In this document: positions 1-8,898 of the stretch, piece after piece
How the letters are laid out: every line of letters begins with the position of its first letter
How positions within the stretch are numbered: the stretch's first letter is position 1
Source: Geosiphon pyriformis uo1
Taxonomy: Eukaryota; Fungi; Glomeromycota
DNA: 64,000 nt
Reading direction: 5' to 3'
NCBI GenBank assembly: GCA_016748015.1
Contig: JAAOMT010000200.1
Location: 370,984 to 434,983, forward strand
Notes under the pieces: generated by a model
Told to the model about the DNA's origin: nothing
The model's database searches: none
Seen by the model: the letters and a program-made list of their open reading frames with translations, nothing else
Program-made: the position numbers and the translations under genes

Positions 1-474
1 TATTGCTTCTTTGTTGAACATTTTCTGGCTGAGGTCTTTGTATAGTGTTTTCAAGTCAAGCTGTTCTCCAATTTTGTAGAACCAATAAGCTGGAGGAAGT
101 CTTTTTTTCCATTCCTGGGCGTTGTCAGGTGTCTACTCCCCTGTTTCAGGGAGTTTGGTCTCATGAGCTAAAGCTTGTTTTATTTCTTCAAGCTTGGGAA
201 CCAAGTATCTTCTTTTGTAACCTTTTTCTTGTTCTTTGCCTCCTTCTTTTCCACCTCCCGCCCAAAGGCAATTTTTCTTTCCACATTGCCTTTTGGGTGG
301 TGGGTAGGGGAGGGAATGTTTAGTTCTAATTGAACTCTCATCCTCCTCTCTCCTGCTCTTATCTTTGTACCATATCTCTTTTTTATCAATTGTTATTTCT
401 ATTTGAAATGTCAATTTTTGAATTGTTTCAAATAATTGTTTAGATAATTTTAAAATTTGATCTGAAAGGTCCAT
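1..474 (-). pseudogene. Family A extra ORF downstream of integrase (ORF3), unknown function, runs off window
   Basis: ATG at 474 gives MDLSDQILKLSKQLFETIQKLTFQIEITIDKKEIWYKDK; homologous ORFs at the same position in families B and C. Confidence 0.7.
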
Positions 475-554
475 GTTGAAATTTCTATCATTTCTTGCTG
501 CTTTTCGGATGCTATATATATTTGAATTCCCCAATTTAATTTGCTGCCCATTGT

Positions 555-1922
555 CTACGTTTCGATAATGATGATTGGTTCCAGATCTCATGGTATATCT
601 TCTGGTCTGATTAATGAAATTTGTGTTCCTAGTTGAGGTACTGATGATGATGATTCCTGTTTTACATGATAAATTTTTAACTGATTTCCATGCGCTACTT
701 TCTTTAAAATTCTGTCTTCCAATTGTAATTTGTAAGCTCCATTTTCTAATGCTTCGTGTATGTGGAATGGATCATTCCACTTTGGATTGAACTTTCCACT
801 CCACTGTTTTTCAGCTTTTGTATGATGTAACAGTACTTGGTTTCCAATCTTGAATTCCATTGGTTGTTCTGGCAGGTGTTTATTATGTCTTTCTTTTTGT
901 CATTCTTGAGCGTAATTAATATTGTCAGCTGCTGTTCTTTGATTGTTTTCCAACATTTCCATTAGCTGCTACATTCTTTGGTATAAGATAGCCTCAAAAT
1001 TCTCTTCATTGATTGTTTTTGTTGGGTATGGTGGTATCATTCGTTCAATTGGTAATATAGCTTTTCTTCCATAGACTAGTTCAAATGGTGTGAACTGAGT
1101 CATATTTTGTTTCAATATTCAGTATGCAAAGAGTACAGAAGGTATAAATAAGTCTCATTTTTGTCTGTTTTCATGACTTATTTTTGCTAGTGCTTTGCAC
1201 AGTGTTCTGTTAAACCATTCTACCAGTCTGTTCGTTTGTAGGTGGTATGGTGACGATAAGGGTCTCCTTATTCCAAACCGTTGGCTTAGTTCAGTCAGCG
1301 TATTATTAACGAAGTGTGTTCCCTGATCAGATAATAATTCTTTCGGACATTCATGTCGGCAAATTAGGTCTTGATGCACAAATTTGGCAACTGTTTTGGT
1401 GTCGGCCACTTGGATTGCTCTGGCTTCTGGCCATTTTGTAAGATAGTCTACGGCTATAGCAATATAGTGATTTCCTTGAGATGTAATTGAAAGAAGTCCA
1501 ACCAAATCGATCCCAATTCTATCAAATAGATTTCCAACTGGAATGGGTCAAAGTGGTTTTGTTGATCTTGTTCCTCCTTTTTGCTAACATGTGTCACAAT
1601 TGAGCACGTATTCGAAAATGTCTTTGTGTATTATTGGCCAATAGTATAAGTTTAGTGTTTTTTTAAGGGTAGCGTCTTTGTTAAAGTGTCCTGCAGTCGG
1701 ATCTGAGTGCATGCTATATAGTATAGTTTCTTTTTTATTGTCTGTGATTAGTCGTTGTGAGTTGGGGTGGTTTCAGCATTCTCATCAATATAGTTGGTTG
1801 TCTTGAATAAAATAATTTTGGGCTTGTTTTCATATGGTACTCTGTTCCTGTTGAGATAATATCTCCTTAAAACATAGTGTTAATAGGTACTGATGTAGTC
1901 ATTGATAAGTGAGTGTGTCCAT
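555..1922 (-). pseudogene. Family A integrase (H2C2 zinc domain, rve core, GPY/F-like C-terminus)
   Basis: ATG 1922 (MDTLTY); H..H..YYWP..CDTC; AVDYLTKWPEA, LLSDQGTHF, VEWFNRTL; KWNDPFHIHEALENGAYKL. Confidence 0.92.
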
Positions 1923-1932
1923 GGGTCTGGGA

Positions 1933-3300
1933 TTAGGTTTGTGGCATCCTCAACAAACTGTCGGCATTGGTGTTCTTAGATCCTTCCTTGTAATGGACTT
2001 TGAGTAGGAATTGTTGCAGATAAATACTCTATCTCACATATTTTTCTTCTAGTTGTGGATTGTTGAGTAACCAAATAAGTTCTTTGTGGTTGGTATATAA
2101 GTCAAATGGTTGACTGAGGTAATATTTCCAAGTCTGTATGGCCCAATAAATGGCGAGACATTCCAGATCTGTTGTGCTGTAATTCTTTTCTGCTGGGCTA
2201 GTACTGCGACTAGCATAGGCAACTGGGTGTTCTCTATTGTCTGGTCCTATCTGTGATAAGACTGCTCCTAGAGCATTTTTTGATGTATCTGTAGTGACAA
2301 TGAACCGTTTAGTGAAATTTGGGTAAATCAGGATTGGGGATGTAATCAATCGCTGCTTAAGATAGTCGAATGCTTTCTGTTGATCTTCCTTTCACAAATA
2401 CAGTATGTATTTGGACAACAATTGATGAAATGGTTTTGCGATGTTCGAGAAACCTTTGACAAATCGACAATAATATCCTGCTAATCTTAGAAATCCTTGT
2501 AATTCTCTGAGGTTGATTGGGGCTGGAAAATTTTTGACTTTTTGTACTTTATCTGGATCGGATTTAACTCCATTCTTGCCAATTACATGTCTTAGAAATT
2601 TTAACTCGGTTTTTCCAAAGAAGCACTTCTCGGGATTGAGTTTCAATCCGGCACTACGAAGGCATTCAAAAACTTGTTGCAGGTGAAGCAAATGGTCTTC
2701 GAATGTTTTGGAGAACACATTTGTGTTATCTAGGTAGACTACTACTGATTTTTAAAGGATTCCTTTGTATACTACATCTATCAGGCATTGAAACGTGGCA
2801 GAAACATTACAAAGTCTAAAAGGCATTACGTTAAACTCGAAGTTTCTATCTTGAGTGGTAAACGCTGTTTTTTTTTTATCTTTGAGGTCCATTTCAACTT
2901 GCCAGTAATCACTTGCTAAATCTAATGATGAGAACCATTTCTTTTTCTCTAGATTGTCCAGAATTTCCTGGATGAGGGGAGTGTGATAACTATCTCCTCG
3001 TGTGACGCTATTTAGTTTTCGATAATCTATGCAGAATCACACTTTTCTGTTTTTCTTGGTAACCAAGACTACTGGCGAGGACCAAGAGCTTAATGATTCT
3101 TTGATTAGACTGTTATCAAGCATCCATTGCACTTCTTGCTTAATTAGGTTATTGCTAGATGGGAGTATATGGTAAGCTTATTGCTTAATTGGTTGAACGT
3201 CTCCTGTATCAATCTGATGCTTCATGATGTCAGTGCATCCGAATTCATTTTGCTGACAAAGACATTGGCATACTGATTCAGAAGGACTTTGAGTTGCATT
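1933..3300 (-). pseudogene. Family A reverse transcriptase + RNase H
   Basis: CIDYRKLN, LDLASDYWQV, VVYLDNTN (decayed YLDD), LKLNPEKC; TTDTSKNALGAVL, VAYASR, NYSTTDLECLAI; ends NADSLLRMPQT-stop at 1935-1933. Confidence 0.93.
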
Positions 3301-3755
3301 TGTTGTAGAGTACTTAAATTTCCTAAATTTAATTTATTGATCTCTTCTGGTGTGAACAAATAACTTTCTTTTGGCAAATTCCATACTTGTGAGGTAATGT
3401 CACAGAATAAGAATAATTGTGCAAAATTTGGAATAGACTGGGGTTTTTCAGAATTCTAACTATCTGTGGATATAGAACTGATGAGAGTCCCTTCGGGAAT
3501 TTCAATGACCTCTTCTGTCGGGTTGTAGATGGGAATTTTGAAGTGTTTATGGGCTTTGGCTGGTAGGTATAAATTAGCAATATCAGCTAGGGAACAGATT
3601 TCAGGACTAGCTTCAAATAATAGGGCTTGATCTTGGATCTTTTGATTCACCTTGAGGATGTATTGTCGGTATGGGGGAATGGAGATGACAGTGTCAGTGT
3701 GGATAAATTCTACCTGGTCACTGTTTTTCTCTGTGAAACTAACTGGTACGTTTTC

Positions 3756-4170
3756 TCTTCCACTTGATTCAAATCCGTTGATTCCTCAGACAGTAAGCCC
3801 TAACTCTTCTCGGGTTGTTACCAGGGTTAATTGGGGTATTTTGATTAGGGGTAAGAAGATAGCTTGGGCAATCTTTTCTTGTGATTTTATTTTGTAGGGT
3901 CTGTCTGAATTGTTCTGTAGCATCACAATAATGTTTCCCGTGTAACTGGCATCGATAATTCCTCCTTTTATGTCGATTCTTTTCTTGGCTAGACTAGATT
4001 GAGAGACAACTTGTACTATTGTATTAACAGAAATTTCTAACACTATCTTAAGATCTATTTTTACAAGGGAATGTGGGGCTATAATGATGAGTGATTGTTC
4101 GGGGTATCATAGGTCGAAACTGGCATTAGTGTCATGTGCTCTTTTGAAGCAGATTCCTTCTTCGTTGTCA
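3756..4170 (-). pseudogene. Family A dUTPase domain
   Basis: All five trimeric dUTPase motifs, decayed: ASFDL, SQSS, GGIIDASYTG, EKIAQ, GINGFESSG. Confidence 0.9.
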
Positions 4171-4199
4171 CTGTACCATTTTAGCTCTAGTTTTTTGGA

Positions 4200-5180
4200 T
4201 AGGTTGGGATATGCGAGATACTATTCTGTTTTGGTATCCTTAGTTGGATCTTGAAACGACATGTCCTCGGTGATCAATACCTCTTCTTCAGGTTCAGGTA
4301 GTTCGGTGATTGAAAACAGTATTCTTGGAGGCAGATTGAACATGAGATCATATTCATCACAATACTGGAAGTGACAGGGGATCAAACAGTGATTGCATGG
4401 TTTGGTATTCAAATCAGCCAACCTTTGCTCCTGTTCCTCGTGAGTTGGGGCCAATTCCTGATATTAGTTCTGAAATGCATCTGGGTCATCTGTGAAGAAA
4501 TCATCCTCGGGGTAGTCGGGTCCAGTATATTCGGGCATCCAAGAGTTGTCCTTAATTTCTCATATTTCTTCAGATGTGGCACCTTCGGCCTTGGCGCTTG
4601 CCATTCTCCAGATTTTGTGGTCATCGTGTGGATAACCGTCTAGTCTGTTGAGTGCTTGTTTCCAAGCGTCCTCGATGGGAGTTCTCTTTCGTACCCAATT
4701 GTTGATTAATATGGTGTATTGACAAGTCTCGTCACATGTTTTTTCTCTGCCAGGCACATCATTCCAGAGTTCTTCATCTGGCAGGATTTTGCCACATGCA
4801 AGGCACGGCATGTGGTCCCACTTGCCTTGTCGTTTTGGTCATCCAAATCTTTCCAGTAAACAAGGCCTGCAATAGTATTTGGTGGCAGTGGGCCATTCTT
4901 TGTTGTTCCTGATACATGCGCCCATAGTAGATAGTTTTTTTCCACAATTGACACATATTAGTCTTGGGGGTTGGTAAAATAAGTTTCTTTGGTCCAAGGT
5001 TACGTATCCTAGTGATGACGATTGGGGTTCTTCTTCGGCTCTGCCTTTTCTTTTTTCTTCCCAGATTGGTGGTGGGGGTAGTTCAGTTTGATAATCATCC
5101 GCCCATGAAAACTGATAGGTCTCGATGGTTGGTGGCATTGATGTGTCTTCGAATTTAATAAGAGGTTCCTTAGTATGTTG
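4200..5180 (-). pseudogene. Family A Cys-rich domain of unknown function between protease and dUTPase
   Basis: CVNCGKKL..YYCRPC..PCLAC..CDETCQY..LDGYPHD..CNHCLIPCHFQYC; homologues in B and C. Confidence 0.7.
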
Positions 5181-5199
5181 GTTTTTAAAGTGTCCGCAT

Positions 5200-5600
5200 G
5201 TAGCTGGAACTCAGGCATGCTGTCTGTTAAATGTGAGTTGAAATTTTTGGGTGTTCTAGTCGAAAGTAGCATTGGCTTTTGACAACCAGTAATTTCCTAT
5301 TAGAGCTTGATATTGAGTAGCTTCCATGATGAATACTTTGGTAGGGATTTGGATTCCATTAATCTCAAAGGGGAAGTTGTCAATTTCTCCTATTGGGGTT
5401 TTTGTGTTCCCATCTGCTGTAATGATCCAAGCAGTAGCAGCACAGTCTACTCGGCAATCTAGTTGGTCCATGAGCTGCTTCGTGATTATGCTACCAGCTG
5501 ATCCGCTATCCAGGATTAATTTAATATCTATTCTTCTGACTCTGACATTAGTGTATAGGGCCATTATTGGTTTATCATGATTGATGGCTGCTTCACTAAA
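5200..5600 (-). pseudogene. Family A aspartic protease
   Basis: LILDSGSAGSII active-site motif and ALIGNYWL. Confidence 0.9.
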
Positions 5601-5689
5601 AAGGCTATGTGTGTTCAAATTATCGATGTCAAAAAGAAATATGGTGGCTAGGGTGGTGTTTTCGGTAATAGTGGCTGGTGGGATATTGC

Positions 5690-7719
5690 TTTTTGTTTGC
5701 TTGGAAGGTTGGAAAATTCATTCTATATTCCTCCTTTCACAGGTGTAGATTTATCAAAACTCTGGTCTTCCATAAGACTGAGATAGAAAGCTTGATTCGG
5801 GTATCCAGTTGGTGTTGGTCAAGATTGGGCAGGACCACGAGAGATTGGTTAAGACGGTCCACTGTTGGTTTGCACTTGATTGTTGTTGGGATTTTTTCAT
5901 CCCTGATTATAGTCTATAGCTTGAGGTCTGGATGGGCTGTAAGAGAAAGTTTGATAGTGAGGGATTGTTTGTGTCATTAGTGGTAGTTGATAATAATTCT
6001 AGGGCAGTGGTTGAGTGTATGGAACTTGTTGTGCATATAAGAGCAGTTGATTCTGAGGTATGGAATATTGGGGTACCATGTTTTGCTGATATCTGAGTTG
6101 CTGGTATGGGTTTCCTTGATTTTGGTCCATGATCTTCCTTCTACAGTCACGGGCGATGTGTCCAGGTTTCTGACAGTAGTAGCAGTTGTGGGGATCAGAT
6201 CTCCAAGGTTGTTGCTGTTGCTGACAGTTCTGTTGCTGTGGGTATCTGCTGTTGTTGTTATTTTCTCTCTGTTGGGGTGGTTGGTAAGTTCCTGTAGTTC
6301 CGGCTAAGAATCTCTCAATTTTCTGAGTTAGTTTCTCACTCAATTGGGTTATCTTTGCATCAATGTCAGAGATTCTGTTAATGGCTAAATTAATGGCTTG
6401 GGTATGGTTTGCTTCTTGTTCTGCAGACTCAAAATCGCGAGTGAGAGTGACAACGTCTTGTAAACTGATCAGATGACGGAGTCTTACAGATCTTAGAATA
6501 CTACTTCGCAATTTTTTAATGAATTGATTAAAAACTTGTGCCGTGGTGTAGTAGTCCCTTTTGATAGCTAATATTTGACACAGGATTTGATTGAATCATC
6601 TGAAATAAATAGTTACTGCTTTGTGATTTTTTTGTTTAATTATGCTGAATTGATTCTGCAATCGAATTAATGTATTGGGGTCACAGAAGTATTGCAGAAA
6701 TGCGAGTTTAAACTCAGTAAAGGAGGTAGGCTTCTCTGCCAGGCTCTGGTACCACAAATTGGCAGTTTTGGTCAGAAAGAATGGCAGTGCTTGAACTGTG
6801 TGATCATCATTCTAACCATTAGCAGTAATTGCTTTCTTGGCGTCCGTGATCCAAGAATATGCGTTATCTTCTTCACCAGAGAATTTTTCTAATTTAGTGA
6901 TATCCTGGTAAGCCATGATCTGGTTAATGGGTGGGATGTTACTGGTTATGTTTAAAGGGATTAATGTCTATGTATTCGAGTGTTCTCTAAGTGCTAATGC
7001 TGGTTTCTTTCCTTTGTCACTTGAACCAATAGGTTGTAAGATAGCTGTTTTTTCTGTCAGAGGAGATGCTGATTCTGCTAGGTTTTGTGCTGGTGGCTGT
7101 TCCCAAGTTGACGGGTTTCTTTCTGTTTGACCAGCTGCTGGAGTAAGATTTCCAAACAGTGATCCATATTCTCCTAGTGATTTGATCTAACTGTGTTGAT
7201 TTCAAGGGTGTGGATTTCTAGGAGTTTGTGATGTTTCCAACTGGGTTTCCGGGGGTGGGTTGAATACAATTCTACTTTGGGGTGTCTGATGATATGATGG
7301 AGTTGTTGGAGAGAAGACCCTTGGTTTCTTGTTGACCGTGAACTTGGCTTGGACAGTTACAAGATTGTTGGATTCGTTTTTGTATTCCTTAAAGTCGGAT
7401 TCCACTGGTTGTTGTACTTGAGGGAATCATTGTGCCACATAATATTTAATGTCTGTATCGATTATGCACAGAGTTTCAGCAATTGCTTGAGTAGTCGTGG
7501 CTGTTGAGTACCCTAGTAAGCTTTGATGGATTTGTTCTCCAAGTCTTCCTGTATCAGTTGCGCGGCCTAACAAGCAGTCAATTTTTGCGTTGATATAGTT
7601 ACAAAAATCACTTTCTATGTAAGCGGTTCCTGCTGGTATTCCTAGGTCTTTTCGAAATATTGAAATAGTGCTTTTCCATATGAGGAGTGGTCTTTTTCTA
7701 TTGTTCCAATAGTCGCCAC
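5690..7719 (-). pseudogene. Family A gag (N-terminal extension, capsid-like domain, zinc knuckle, Q/P-rich tail)
   Basis: MAYQDITKLEKFSGEED from 6916; CYYCQKPGHIARDC knuckle; upstream helical region starting at GTG 7719. Confidence 0.85.
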
Positions 7720-7761
7720 TTTTATGTATTTTTGGAGGTGCTCTGTCTCTGTGGATTTATA

Positions 7762-7779
7762 ACCTCACAGGGAGCACCA
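7762..7779 (-). promoter_or_regulatory. Primer-binding site (18 nt) of family A
   Basis: Plus strand acctcacagggagcacca fits tRNA positions 59-76 (5-nt T-stem arm, 7-nt acceptor arm, discriminator A, CCA), 2 nt from the LTR end. tRNA identity (elongator Met or Ile-like) not determined. Confidence 0.85.
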
Positions 7780-7781
7780 AA

Positions 7782-8865
7782 TGTTATGGGTAAACTTGGT
7801 GGGTATGGGAAATGGTAACATTTAGTGCTCTCAATTATTGATGATGCATCTTTCACGTAATTCTGTTGGCTTAGTCTTGATTATTAGTCTCTGAAGGTCT
7901 ATTCCTGGATGTGAATTTTACCCATTGAGTTCTTTGGTTATAAGACACAGAGTTTGTCTTTTGTTGATTTTAACGTTTTTTGTAAATGTAAGCTTTCTTC
8001 TCCAAGCTAATGAGTGCAGTCGTTAGGGTCTGACATTGTCTTTTCGCCCTTCTGGTAAGCTAACAAGATAATGTTAATATCCAAAACTTAGGGGGAGCTT
8101 CTCTCTTTTACCAGGCTATCATGAAGTCTATTCCCAGACAGTTGATTTTACTATGTTGCTGCTCCACAAAAAATTAAGACAGAAAAAGAAAAAGAAAAGA
8201 AAAGAAAAGAGAGAAAAGATAAATTAATATCATCAATCGCTGTAATCAAGAGCAATTGGTCCAAATTGTTAATAGGTTTGAGGCAGTTATGCTAAGAGCA
8301 ACTGTTCTAGAATGGAGATACGAGACAAGGGTTAATTCATGTAAATTCTATGAAGTTCGAGAACATGAATTCATGATTCTGATTTCTTTTAATAATTGGT
8401 TTATTTCAGGAGATGAAATAAGGAAGATAATAAAGGATGAAGGAGTATGAATATTTTAATTTCTGGTTTAGAGGTTTGTATCTATTTTTTTCTTCTCTGT
8501 CTTTTCTTACTTCTACAACTACTTGCTTTTATACATTCTTTTGGTTATACAGGATTGCTTTTAATTATCTCGCTATCACTAGCTATTGCTTTGTTGTTTC
8601 TGTTATTGCTTCGTTTTTCTATGTTATCGCTAATTATCCTATGTTATAACATGTTATTTGACATTATTACATGTTATTCTGTGTTATTCTGCATTATAAC
8701 ACATTATCCTACATTATTGTGCACTATTCTGTGTTATCCTGTGTTATAACACGTTATTCAATGTTATAATGCGTTATCCAATGTTATTGCATGTTATTCT
8801 GTGTTATGTCACGTTTTGGTCATGTTTCTTCATAACTTTGGATCGGTTTTTCTACTTGGGTAACA
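7782..8865 (-). repeat. 5' LTR of family A (~1.08 kb)
   Basis: TGTTA...TAACA termini, adjacent PBS, homology to solo LTR 43224-44226. Confidence 0.9.
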
Positions 8866-8898
8866 CTGCTGCGAGAGTGAGAAAATTTTTAGGAAAAA

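Larger units (their letters stand above)
1..8865 (-). mobile_element. Ty3/Gypsy LTR retrotransposon, family A, degenerate; 3' end lies left of the window
   Basis: Minus-strand order: LTR, PBS, gag with CCHC knuckle, protease, dUTPase, RT, RNase H, integrase. Many stops explained by TGG/CAA/CGA transitions. Confidence 0.95.

Noticed and set aside
1-474. Calling ORF3 an env gene
   Set aside because: No visible signal peptide, fusion peptide or transmembrane anchor in any of the three families.
475-591. ORF-track start at ATG 591 for the 152-aa ORF
   Set aside because: That ATG probably arises from a CGA>TGA change in the integrase tail; homology to families B and C begins at ATG 474.
5690-6000. 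Programmed gag-pol frameshift
   Set aside because: Frame changes fall at different places in A and C with no shared slippery site; cannot be separated from decay indels.
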